A program made the translations under genes and the position numbers. A stretch of DNA of 64,000 nucleotides from a virus: the IMG/VR virus record IMGVR_UViG_3300045988_119743, one strand, 5' to 3'. Below the pieces are notes generated by a model. The model was given only the letters and a program-made list of their open reading frames with translations, made no database searches and was not told the DNA's origin. How positions within the stretch are numbered: position 1 is the stretch's first letter; each line of letters starts with the position of its first letter. Shown in pieces: positions 1-8,748 of the stretch.

Positions 1-495
1 ATAGGAGTTTGTAGGATTGTGATCTGTAATAATTATCAGACTATATCGATGGCACGTTTCTCTAACTATTCTAATTTGCTTAACATTACCTTCGTAGACC
101 CTACTGTATGAGAATCTAAATCGTTTCTTTCCTTTGTTAATTGTGAGAATATTACCATTTAGGGTAAACCCACCTTGTTTAAATACAAAAGAGTTAAAAC
201 AATCAGCTCTTTTGAATTTAGGAGGTCGTTTTGACAACTTCTTAAAGAAACGATTGTATGCGGAATCTAATCTTTGAAGAATCTCTTGTGTTGTTTGGGA
301 ATGAAGAAGATTTCTTTTAATCCTTTTTGCAAAATGCTTTTGCATCTTGCAAACTGAAATGTATTTTCCAAACAGTTTATAATATCTACGTTGTAGGGAT
401 AAAGCATGATTCCATACAAAACAACATTCTCGAAGCATCTTGTCAAGATACTTCGTTTTCTTGGAATGATAGATGTTGTATTTATATGAAATCAT
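1..495 (-). CDS. tnpB: IS200/IS605-family transposon-associated TnpB (OrfB), N-terminal 165 aa; the 3' part lies beyond the window start
   Basis: Reverse-complement translation of 495..1 is an open frame with no stops: MISYKYNIYHSKKTKYLDKMLRECCFVWNHALSLQRRYYKLFGKY...QEILQRLDSAYNRFFKKLSKRPPKFKRADCFNSFVFKQGGFTLNGNILTINKGKKRFRFSYSRVYEGNVKQIRIVRETCHRYSLIIITDHNPTNSY. This matches the conserved TnpB N-terminal pattern (CRFVyN.aL ... LD.AyknFFk ... PkFKkK ... f....g...n..l.l.k.G) that precedes RuvC-I. It is missing from the ORF track because there is no stop inside the window. Confidence 0.8.
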   Translation of the reverse strand, partial: MISYKYNIYHSKKTKYLDKMLRECCFVWNHALSLQRRYYKLFGKYISVCKMQKHFAKRIKRNLLHSQTTQEILQRLDSAYNRFFKKLSKRPPKFKRADCFNSFVFKQGGFTLNGNILTINKGKKRFRFSYSRVYEGNVKQIRIVRETCHRYSLIIITDHNPTNSY

Positions 496-840
496 TTTAA
501 TTATATTTATAACACAAATATAATGATGATTCTTATATTTGCGATGAAAAATATGGATAAAAGATGGAAAACTAATAAAAGTAGTGTTTACAATATAGGA
601 TACCAGAAATGAATTTGAAACGATAAGAAAAAGACTGCCTTCGCTTTGTACGAGATCGTTTTATGCGGAAACAATAGAACATATATCAGAATCGGTTATT
701 AAAAAAATATATAGATGACCAAAAGAGGCATTGATCCCCTGCTTAAAAGCAGGGGCTTTGCTAAAGATCGTAAAGTGCGAAGAACCCAGGTTCAGGGGAG
801 ACGCGGCCTGTTCTGCGTGGCGTAAGGCTACAGTAGATGA
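496..840. mobile_element. Putative left-end/flank region of the tnpB element: a perfect 7-bp stem hairpin at 736-755 (CCCCTGC ttaaaa GCAGGGG) plus a GC-rich ~70-nt tract at 770-835, in otherwise AT-rich DNA
   Basis: IS200/IS605 ends carry subterminal hairpins, and this one lies upstream of the tnpB start. The local GC spike contrasts with flanking sequence. The element boundary cannot be fixed without the other end. Confidence 0.35.
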
Positions 841-870
841 AATTATTGAACATTTTAAAAACAGATAATT

Positions 871-1284
871 ATGGGATATATATGTACAAGATGTGGTGGA
901 ACAAATGTTGCCTGTGAAGCCATAGTAAATCCGAATACTGGAAAAATAATAGATTATCTTGATGAATCTTTCATGCATGCTATTTGCTCGGATTGTGAAA
1001 ACGAGGTAATAATATATAACGTTGAAGAAGTTAAACATGAAATTGATTTAAGGTTTCATGAATTTGTAGAAAGAACAGGGAAGGAGCCTAAATACGTAGA
1101 ATGTCAGATTGTAAGGAAAGAGACAGGAAATGAACAAAGAAAGACAATAAAACTATCATTGAGCATCAACGATGATGACAATGATGATGTTTTTTGTTAT
1201 TGCAATGGGATAGAATCGTTTAAGCTACTTGCTGAATACGGAGTGGGAGAATTTATCGTAACATTTTGTTGGAGTTTCTTTTAA
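871..1284 (+). CDS. hypothetical CxxC...CxxC zinc-ribbon protein
   Basis: 137-aa ORF with CTRCGG...CSDCEN cysteine pairs and an acidic C-terminal half; first plus-strand gene after the IS end. Confidence 0.5.
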   Translation: MGYICTRCGGTNVACEAIVNPNTGKIIDYLDESFMHAICSDCENEVIIYNVEEVKHEIDLRFHEFVERTGKEPKYVECQIVRKETGNEQRKTIKLSLSINDDDNDDVFCYCNGIESFKLLAEYGVGEFIVTFCWSFF

Positions 1285-1321
1285 GGAACATATATAGTTA
1301 TCATTTTTAATAACATGTCTT

Positions 1322-1714
1322 ATGAAAACACAAGAAGAATATGCCCATGAAATTGACGAAATCGTTCGCCGGGATGTAGAGAGCTGCCAGAGTGACTGGT
1401 TTAAAATCGACAAGGAGATATTTATGCAGCCAGAGAATAAGAACAAGGCATTTATTTTGGGAACAAGAAAGACCGGGTGCGATATGATCGTACTTGGAGG
1501 TACTAATTGCAGTGGATCCAATATGGATTGGCTTTTCGGTTGCCTTGGCAATGAAAACTTCTATGTATGTCAGCCGTTATCTTTCTATAAATCACAACAA
1601 GAAATCCAGAAAGTAAATCCGCTTTATGCTTTCAAGGTGGCCACTGCTTATTTTAGAGAACAAGGGAAGGTTCCGGTATTTGAAGATAGTAACTGTAGAT
1701 TAATAAAACTATGA
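1322..1714 (+). CDS. hypothetical protein
   Basis: 130-aa ORF, co-directional with and close to its neighbours. Confidence 0.45.
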   Translation: MKTQEEYAHEIDEIVRRDVESCQSDWFKIDKEIFMQPENKNKAFILGTRKTGCDMIVLGGTNCSGSNMDWLFGCLGNENFYVCQPLSFYKSQQEIQKVNPLYAFKVATAYFREQGKVPVFEDSNCRLIKL

Positions 1715-1947
1715 GCATAAAAGTAATAAGATACAGGTTGCCCTCTTATTGGGCTTGCCCGTTAATCAATGATGATTACACTGGATTAACGGATGAAGAA
1801 TGTGAGGAAATCCAACGCTTCTTGGAAGCAGCAGAAGGTTATCCGGTAGATGTAGATTTGGAAACACAAGGGTTTTACCGTTGTAATGACGCAGGAACAC
1901 TTCCCGGAGAGTGTGCAGATTTTATTTTTCATAAGTGTAATGATTAA
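1711..1947 (+). CDS. hypothetical small protein
   Basis: 78-aa ORF; ATGA start/stop overlap with the upstream gene suggests translational coupling. Confidence 0.4.
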   Translation: MSIKVIRYRLPSYWACPLINDDYTGLTDEECEEIQRFLEAAEGYPVDVDLETQGFYRCNDAGTLPGECADFIFHKCND

Positions 1948-2198
1948 ACTAAAATAATATGGAAACTACAAACAAACTGTTTTATTCAGGTACAAAATTC
2001 TTTACAGAAAATGAAGAAGATTATAGAATAACAGTTAGAATCTCTTTGGATGATGACTGCAAAAATAACATATGCGACTGGAGCATAACAGCCGACGTTG
2101 ACTGGAAAAACAAGCATGGAAAATATGAGGATTACTAAGGAGGCTGCTGCCACGATGAAGTCGCAAAACATTTTCCGGAATTAGCGAAATTCATATCG

Positions 2199-2855
2199 TT
2201 GCATCTTTGTAACCATTATGGTGCTCCTATGTATCCGGTAGAAAATGGCATATATCACGTTAGAAGAAGCGGTATGTCTGTGGCAATGGAGTATTTGCGT
2301 ATATCAGAGCAAGAATGCGCAGAATTATATAAAGCCTCTGAGGATGAGTTGTATTTCAAGTATATGCTTTTCAATCTGGGGATTGTGAATAGATGGAAAC
2401 GTGAATCAGAAGAGCTTATTGCGGAACTTGAAAAAATGTGTGGAAAAAAGTGGGTTAATCCATATAAGCCGGAAGAAGAAAGATTTGTTTTAACACTAAC
2501 AGACGAGGAACGATCTCTTATTGAAGAGCGTATTAAAGCCGGGTATTACTCCTCAGAAAATATCGAAAAGCATATGGAAGAGGCTCATAAAGCAAAGATG
2601 GCGGCAAAGCGTGCTGAAATTTGTGAGCGATACGATAAGAAAATCAGACAAGCAGAAGCAGAAAAGAAGATAATGCTCTGTGTGTTTGATTATGGGTTGT
2701 CTACCGATAACATCATATATTATCCTCATACGAACACTTTATCTTTCAACTGGAACGATTATGGAAGAAAAATCACACAGGAAGAGTTTGTTGATTTTGT
2801 GAATAACGTAGATCGCTCTCAGTTGCCGGAAGGTATTAAGTTTAAACTTAAATAA
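2199..2855 (+). CDS. hypothetical protein
   Basis: 218-aa ORF with a charged, coiled-coil-like middle region. Confidence 0.5.
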   Translation: MHLCNHYGAPMYPVENGIYHVRRSGMSVAMEYLRISEQECAELYKASEDELYFKYMLFNLGIVNRWKRESEELIAELEKMCGKKWVNPYKPEEERFVLTLTDEERSLIEERIKAGYYSSENIEKHMEEAHKAKMAAKRAEICERYDKKIRQAEAEKKIMLCVFDYGLSTDNIIYYPHTNTLSFNWNDYGRKITQEEFVDFVNNVDRSQLPEGIKFKLK

Positions 2856-2865
2856 AATACAGGAT

Positions 2866-3156
2866 ATGGAAAGATTGAATTTTGAAACATTGTTTCGTAT
2901 CGTAAGATGGGATTACAACCGTTGTTTCAAGGATGAGTCGTTAGACAAGGATTTGTTTATGGGAAAATACGGGAAAGTTATGGGTGAACATTATTATAAC
3001 AAGTTTATCCATGAATTTGACGGGAATATCCTGAAGATGATTGGTTACTTCAGAGGTTCCGAAAAAGAGGGGCAAGTCTTCTGCGATATGATAACCGAAC
3101 GTATTGAAAAATACGAAAAGAGAATGTCATATGATAAAGGTAAGTTAAACAATTAA
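2866..3156 (+). CDS. hypothetical protein
   Basis: 96-aa ORF starting 10 nt after the previous stop. Confidence 0.4.
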   Translation: MERLNFETLFRIVRWDYNRCFKDESLDKDLFMGKYGKVMGEHYYNKFIHEFDGNILKMIGYFRGSEKEGQVFCDMITERIEKYEKRMSYDKGKLNN

Positions 3157-3168
3157 AAAGATACTTAT

Positions 3169-4233
3169 ATGAACAATTCAATGGTCGCTCACTTGTGGGC
3201 AAACGAAAAGCAAGAATCAGCGAATGGTAGTAACTTCTATTTTGAAGGAGAAAGTATTTACTCCTATGGAAGACATTTTGAGGTCGGAAGAATCGTGCGA
3301 AACAAGCGTGGGGAAAAGGCGTATTTGATTAATGACATATATTATTCTTCTTCTACAAGCAAACATCAATGTCGTGTTCGTGAAGCAATACCAACTGGCT
3401 CAAAGGTGTTCTATGTTGAATGTAATATATCATATTGTATCGGTAACATGCTCTTTGTTACCAATATGTTGGAATATATTAAAGATGCTATTGAAAAATA
3501 CAAGAAAGCCAGAACCGAATTGTCTTATCGGGATGTTTGGGGAGCTTTTAAAAATATGATGGATTACATTGAGTTCTTCGATATGGGGACTTCCCAGCGT
3601 CTTCTTAAAAAGAGCGCAAACGAATGGCTTGGAACTAACCATGAATTATCACAGAAATCAGATAAGATTAAACGTGAACATGTCCGTGAGTTGAAACGTA
3701 TTTTCCAGATATTGTTGAATCATAAAGCACTGGAAGTCCTTGGAACCGTTAATGTGATTGTAGATGAAGTTTGTGGTGAAGGAACTTATTTGAAATATCG
3801 GGAAAGAGTTGAAAAATATAGAATAAATATAGAAACAAAACAGGAAAAAAAACGAAGGGCAAGGGAAGAAGAATTAGATAAATTTCGTAAGGATTTTTAT
3901 GAAAGATTAGAAAAATGGAAGTCGGGAGAACTTAATTTCTTGCATTCATATTATTTTATTGATTGTGCTGACGTAAATGCTTGGATGCGTATAAAAGGAG
4001 GAATTATTGAAACGAGCAAACAAATAAAAATCGGGATAGAAGAAGCCAGAAGGATGTGGCAGGTGGTGTCGCTGTTGCACCGGGGAGGCCAGTTCCGGCA
4101 TGGCCTGGTAGAGGACGTGGATGGCAATAAGTGGAGCATAAACCGGTATGAAAACGATATACTGACAGCCGGATGTCATCGTATTGCGTATAGTGAGATG
4201 GAAAGTATTGCAAAGCAACTGGGATGGGCGTAA
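3169..4233 (+). CDS. hypothetical protein
   Basis: 354-aa ORF; contains GC-rich island A (~4048-4132). Confidence 0.55.
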   Translation: MNNSMVAHLWANEKQESANGSNFYFEGESIYSYGRHFEVGRIVRNKRGEKAYLINDIYYSSSTSKHQCRVREAIPTGSKVFYVECNISYCIGNMLFVTNMLEYIKDAIEKYKKARTELSYRDVWGAFKNMMDYIEFFDMGTSQRLLKKSANEWLGTNHELSQKSDKIKREHVRELKRIFQILLNHKALEVLGTVNVIVDEVCGEGTYLKYRERVEKYRINIETKQEKKRRAREEELDKFRKDFYERLEKWKSGELNFLHSYYFIDCADVNAWMRIKGGIIETSKQIKIGIEEARRMWQVVSLLHRGGQFRHGLVEDVDGNKWSINRYENDILTAGCHRIAYSEMESIAKQLGWA

Positions 4234-5015
4234 GTAACCCATCTTATTTTATAACAACTAAAAACAAGAAAAATATGGAAAATGCAATTATTGTTCCGTT
4301 TGATTTAAATACGGCGAGAAAAATTAAAAGCGGAGAAATAGAAGGTTCGGTATTAATTGATAATATTGAAATAGAATTTGTATATGAGTCGAAAGACTGT
4401 GCAGGTCCTTATAATTTGCTTTTTGTAAAAAAAGATGGATATGGGATAAGTGCTATATATGCCAACACGGAAGGTTGTATTATTGGCGGCACCACTCTGG
4501 AATTGAGGGTAGAGGCTGGAGCGTATTTTAAGAAAGGAGATGTATTAACAAGCACTAAAGGATGTCAATTTATATATGATGGACTTATTACCAAAGGGGT
4601 AATGGGAAGTATATGTGGAATGGTAACATCTGGAGATATTGAGTTTGATCATAGCGGATTATGGACTGATGTGTATGATGAAGATAAAAAACGGCATGTA
4701 AGAAAGGCTATAGAAGAAGAGAAGAAATTTTTAGCAGAAAAGATTATAAAAGCCGAAGACAGTAGAAAAATAGATATAATAAAACGATATTTAAGTGAAT
4801 ATGAGTATCTATTAGATGAGATGCCGAAACGTGACTTCAAACCATTTGAACGAGTGCTGGTGAGAAGAACTAACCAAGAGAGGTGGAAATTGCATCTATT
4901 TTCCGGAGAATCAGTAGGAGATAATAAATACGAATGCTTGGGAGGGGTAGGATTTAGTCAGTGTATCCCATACGAAGGGAACGAACATCTTTTAGGAACC
5001 AATAAAAACAAATAA
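4224..5015 (+). CDS. hypothetical protein, tandem paralog 1 of 2
   Basis: 263 aa. The N-terminus (IIVPFDLNTARKIKSGEIEG) and C-terminus (KRDFKPFERVLVRR...ECLGG...IPYEGNEHLLGTNKNK) are shared with the next gene. Confidence 0.55.
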   Translation: MGVSNPSYFITTKNKKNMENAIIVPFDLNTARKIKSGEIEGSVLIDNIEIEFVYESKDCAGPYNLLFVKKDGYGISAIYANTEGCIIGGTTLELRVEAGAYFKKGDVLTSTKGCQFIYDGLITKGVMGSICGMVTSGDIEFDHSGLWTDVYDEDKKRHVRKAIEEEKKFLAEKIIKAEDSRKIDIIKRYLSEYEYLLDEMPKRDFKPFERVLVRRTNQERWKLHLFSGESVGDNKYECLGGVGFSQCIPYEGNEHLLGTNKNK

Positions 5016-5019
5016 GATT

Positions 5020-5757
5020 ATGGAATATAAAATGGTAACAATCCCGTTTGATTTAGAAACGGCGAAAAAAATAAACATAGGGGAAAGAGTAGGTCAGATT
5101 GTGACAGAGAAAGGACGAAATAGAGCAGAAATAGTATATGAAGACAATTCGTCAATTTGTCCGTTATTGGTTGTAATTCATTCTATTTCTGTATCGGCAG
5201 ATTGGTTTTCTGCTACAGGAAAAGCATTTAGCAGCGAAAATCGCCTCCTTCTTGAAGTCCCGGAATATACTACATTTAAAGATGGAGATGTGTTAAGCAA
5301 CAAAGGTGGAAGTTATATTTTTATTTTAAATACGCATGGGAAATATTTAACATCTTTTTATGCGAGTCTTGCAGCGGGAACAAGTCTTAAGATATCGGAT
5401 AATTTGGCTGCACACGAAAACCACATAGAATGTTATAGACTTGCAACAGATTCGGAAAAACAGAAGATGATTAAAGCGTTAAAGAAAAGCGAAAATCCTA
5501 AAGCAAAAGAATATCTGAAACGCTTCTTCGGGACTAAAGAAGAGCCGAAATATGATTTTAAGCCGTTTGACAAAGTGCTGGTAAGAAAAGAAGGAAATAA
5601 AAAATGGAATATCAGTTTGTTTGCAAGGGAAATTGTGGACGATTATAATGGATTGCCTTATAAGTACGAATGTTCCAATGGAACATTATGGGATTATTGT
5701 ATTCATTTTGAGGGTAATGAATGTCTTTTAGGAACTACTGAAAATCCAGAAAAATGA
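5020..5757 (+). CDS. hypothetical protein, tandem paralog 2 of 2
   Basis: 245 aa. MVTIPFDLETAKKINIGERVG...KYDFKPFDKVLVRK...CIHFEGNECLLGTTENPEK is co-linear with the gene at 4224-5015. Confidence 0.55.
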   Translation: MEYKMVTIPFDLETAKKINIGERVGQIVTEKGRNRAEIVYEDNSSICPLLVVIHSISVSADWFSATGKAFSSENRLLLEVPEYTTFKDGDVLSNKGGSYIFILNTHGKYLTSFYASLAAGTSLKISDNLAAHENHIECYRLATDSEKQKMIKALKKSENPKAKEYLKRFFGTKEEPKYDFKPFDKVLVRKEGNKKWNISLFAREIVDDYNGLPYKYECSNGTLWDYCIHFEGNECLLGTTENPEK

Positions 5758-6200
5758 AAATGGTAAAATTATCTGATTTTTATCCTTATGACAGAAACAA
5801 AGGAGGAATACAGGAATTGCATCATAAAATTGAGTCCAAAACACTTCAGTATTGGGGTGAAGATAGTGGTATTCTGATCGGCATCACTCCGATATATAAG
5901 AGACGTTTGTGGAGCGAAGAAGTGAAAGTTGTAAATGATAAAATGACAAATATGAAAACAAGAACATACGAAGGGGTGCAGCACGGAGACTGGGTAAGAT
6001 GTGTCTTATGTGGAGCACAAATGCTTCTTCCATGTGGAGCTGACAAATGCCCAGAATGTAGCAGTAAAGATACTTTAATGTGGGTAGATGAGAATAGGCA
6101 AGAAATGGACGCTAAACATCTGGATTGTCTTGTCCCAATACGCAAATTGGAGTTACAAGAATATCTATCCCCAGAAATTTTGAAAATGGAACATATATGA
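5754..6200 (+). CDS. hypothetical zinc-ribbon protein
   Basis: 148 aa with CVLCGAQMLLPCGADKCPECS; ATGA overlap with its neighbours. Confidence 0.5.
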   Translation: MKMVKLSDFYPYDRNKGGIQELHHKIESKTLQYWGEDSGILIGITPIYKRRLWSEEVKVVNDKMTNMKTRTYEGVQHGDWVRCVLCGAQMLLPCGADKCPECSSKDTLMWVDENRQEMDAKHLDCLVPIRKLELQEYLSPEILKMEHI

Positions 6201-6496
6201 AAATAGAATACATACAAAAATGTAAATGCGGCGCAGTCACTATCAGCTTTGATAATGGTGCTTCGAATAGCATGTTTTGGGAAACATTTGAAAAATTGGA
6301 TTTGGATGCTGGTGATGCCACATGGCTTCACCAGTCCTGCTGCTGCAACCACTGCGTCAACCATTGGGGAATAGACTTATGCGAGTGTGGGTCCGGCGCA
6401 AGAGTTGGTGAATGTGAATGTGGATCCCAAAAGGCACATGATATATTAGGGGTTAAATATGATTCGTTTGGAGTAATATTAAAAAACTTTGGATAA
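6197..6496 (+). CDS. hypothetical Cys-rich small protein
   Basis: The likely start is the internal ATG at 6197 (MKIEYIQKCKCG...), which overlaps the upstream stop as ATGA; the track ORF 6125..6496 would overlap the previous gene by 76 nt. Many Cys residues (CCCNHC...CECGSGARVGECECG). Confidence 0.45.
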   Translation: MKIEYIQKCKCGAVTISFDNGASNSMFWETFEKLDLDAGDATWLHQSCCCNHCVNHWGIDLCECGSGARVGECECGSQKAHDILGVKYDSFGVILKNFG

Positions 6497-6972
6497 TGGA
6501 TATAGTAAGTAAATACACCGCCTTGTTAGGACAACAGAAGCTAAAAGAATCATTTGTGAAAGATTTGGAGCTTGTATTATCAAGAAAAAATCCTAATATA
6601 GAAAAAGGGAAACTTAATTTCATTCGTTATTCAGAAATGAAAAATTGGAGTGTAAGAGAGTTGTTTGGTGAAGACTTGGAACAAGCTGATAGGGCTTTAA
6701 TAAACAAGGTGTATCATATGCTATTTGATATAGGTTCGGATTTTGAATCGGTTATAAGAATGCTATATAGCTTTCGTAACGGACCTAAATCGGGGATAAA
6801 AGTGGCGGATCCAGAGGATAATTACGAATGGACTAACAAGGACGGAAATGAAAAATATTCTACTAAAAATCTCCCAAAAGCGCATTTTAGATGGGATTGG
6901 AGAAGATATACCTTATCAAAAGAATCCGTTGATAAAATAACGGAGTTTGTAGACACCATATTAGAATCATAG
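6496..6972 (+). CDS. hypothetical protein
   Basis: 158-aa ORF. Confidence 0.5.
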   Translation: MDIVSKYTALLGQQKLKESFVKDLELVLSRKNPNIEKGKLNFIRYSEMKNWSVRELFGEDLEQADRALINKVYHMLFDIGSDFESVIRMLYSFRNGPKSGIKVADPEDNYEWTNKDGNEKYSTKNLPKAHFRWDWRRYTLSKESVDKITEFVDTILES

Positions 6973-6979
6973 AGAAATT

Positions 6980-7234
6980 ATGAACGAAGTAATTTTAAGC
7001 AACATGTTAGGATGTCAGACATATTGTATATCAGACAGTCCTTCGAATAGATACTGTCTTATTGGACCTATTGAGTGCAATGAGAAGTTAATAGAAGTGT
7101 TTAAGAAGGGGATAACAGTAAAACTCAAATACGTGGAAAAACGGGTCCTGGATGCATTTACGGACAACGGAATCGACCTGAGTAATTACACTCATTGTAT
7201 TATTGTGAAGCGGAATTTTTATCTCGCTTGGTAA
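6980..7234 (+). CDS. hypothetical small protein
   Basis: 84-aa ORF. Confidence 0.35.
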   Translation: MNEVILSNMLGCQTYCISDSPSNRYCLIGPIECNEKLIEVFKKGITVKLKYVEKRVLDAFTDNGIDLSNYTHCIIVKRNFYLAW

Positions 7235-7252
7235 CGGCAAAACATAAACAAT

Positions 7253-7915
7253 ATGAATAATTTTGTAATAGATACTCCAGATAATTTCTGGCAAATAAGA
7301 TGGCTTGACAAGTATATGGAAGGCCACAAAGGATTCATAGCTGGTGGATGTTTTAAAAATATCCTTTCCGGAGAAAGAGTAAAAGATATTGATATTTTCT
7401 TTGAAAGTGAAAGCGATTTTCAGGAAGCTATTGATTCGTTCAATGATGAAAAACATCAGAAAGAAGGATGGAAATTTAAGTACAGAAATGAGAAGGTATG
7501 TGCGTTCCAGAAAGAGGGAGAAAAGGTATGGATAGAGTTCATAGAGTCAGAGTTTGGAAAGCCGGAAGAGATTCTTAGGAGCTTCGATTTTACTGTGGCA
7601 AAAATGGCTTACTACAAGGAGCCCAAATACGAAGAAAAAGAAGATGATTATTTTCCATTCTCATCTGCAAGTATAGTAGGATACGAGTATAAACTTCTAT
7701 ACCATGAGAAATTCTTCGAACATCTTCATATGAAGAGGCTGGTTATTGACGAGAATATCCCTTTTCCAGTAAGTACATGGGAGCGCTCATATCGGTATAA
7801 AGGATATGGTTACAATATGTGTAGGGAGACAAAGAAAAAACTTCTACAGGCTCTTAAAGGTGTAAACGTAGAGGAGGAAGATGTATCTTTGTACACTACT
7901 GGAGGATGGGATTAA
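7253..7915 (+). CDS. Pol-beta-superfamily nucleotidyltransferase, resembling the head domain of tRNA CCA-adding enzyme / poly(A) polymerase
   Basis: GFIAGGCFKNILSGERVKDIDIFF fits the class-II CCA/PAP motif GG.VRD.L.G.....DiDi. A downstream LRSFDFTVAKMAY matches the RRDFTINAmA motif. The protein is 220 aa, about the size of a head plus partial neck. Confidence 0.5.
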   Translation: MNNFVIDTPDNFWQIRWLDKYMEGHKGFIAGGCFKNILSGERVKDIDIFFESESDFQEAIDSFNDEKHQKEGWKFKYRNEKVCAFQKEGEKVWIEFIESEFGKPEEILRSFDFTVAKMAYYKEPKYEEKEDDYFPFSSASIVGYEYKLLYHEKFFEHLHMKRLVIDENIPFPVSTWERSYRYKGYGYNMCRETKKKLLQALKGVNVEEEDVSLYTTGGWD

Positions 7916-7933
7916 CTTATAAAACATAGATAT

Positions 7934-8592
7934 ATGAATACATCATTTGAGAAATCTAAAAACAGTACAGATGAATGGTACACACCTAAAGAAATTATAG
8001 ACGCTTTAGGGGAATTTGATTTAGATCCATGTGCGCCTATGCGTCCGTTATGGAGGACAGCCAGGGTTATGTATAACAAAGAGCAAGATGGATTAAAACA
8101 AAAATGGGAAGGGTATGGTTAAACCCACCTTATTCAAGACCGACTATAGAGCATTTTATTACTCGTATGGTAGAGCACAATAACGGAATAGCTCTTCTTT
8201 TTAATCGTCTTGACAATAAGATGTTTCAGGATGTTGTATTCCCGAAAGCAAAAGGTATATTGTTCATGAAAGGAAGGATAAAATTCCACAGAGAAGATGG
8301 AACAATAGGTGAAAGTCCAGGATGTGGGTCTATTCTGGTTGCATTCGGCGAAGAGAATGCGGAAATATTAAGATCTTCTAATATTGAAGGAAGATATATA
8401 CAGGTCAATCAAGAACCGTGTAACACCCATGTAGATTGGGAACAACGTAGATACGAGATGGCAAAAACCATGCTTCCGATCACATCCGTATCAGGACGTG
8501 GACCTCACGGTGAATTAATATTGGAAGCGTGTGATAAGGCGGCTGAATTAGCTGTAATATATGCGGATGCTTTAATTAAAGAACTGAAATGA
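7934..8592 (+). CDS. dam: Phage-type DNA N6-adenine methyltransferase (T1/Dam family), split into two frames by a frameshift near 8096-8106
   Basis: ORF1 (7934-8122) carries the N-terminal DEWYTP...DLDPCA motifs. ORF2 (8104-8592, -1 frame) begins ...VWLNPPYS, the catalytic NPPY motif. The junction is at an A-rich run (AAAACAAAAATGGG). Confidence 0.65.
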
Positions 8593-8748
8593 AATCAACA
8601 GTATATGCTCATCTTGAGAATGATTATAGATTTTATAGACTTCCTCTATTTAGAGCTACGGCTGTAAAATACGGATGGAATAATCCTATAGGGGAAGATA
8701 GTGGGAGAGAGAAAAAAAATATAATTCACAGTATTAAGTAGATATATT

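Noticed and set aside
700-850. Possible tRNA/structured RNA in the GC-rich tract upstream of the first plus-strand gene
   Set aside because: I could not build a cloverleaf (no acceptor/T-arm pairing) on either strand. It is retained only as a possible IS-end or regulatory structure.
661-1038. 125-aa minus-strand ORF over the GC-rich flank and the start of the first plus gene
   Set aside because: It is antisense to the plus gene at 871 and to the structured GC region. It has no HuH/Y1 (TnpA) or other motif and looks like a spurious open frame.
5846-6364. 172-aa minus-strand ORF across the zinc-ribbon genes
   Set aside because: Antisense to tightly coupled plus-strand genes (ATGA overlaps).
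8096-8109. Programmed -1 ribosomal frameshift in dam
   Set aside because: There is no canonical slippery heptamer in the zero frame. A homopolymer indel or pseudogenisation is at least as likely, so it is reported as a finding to verify rather than called.
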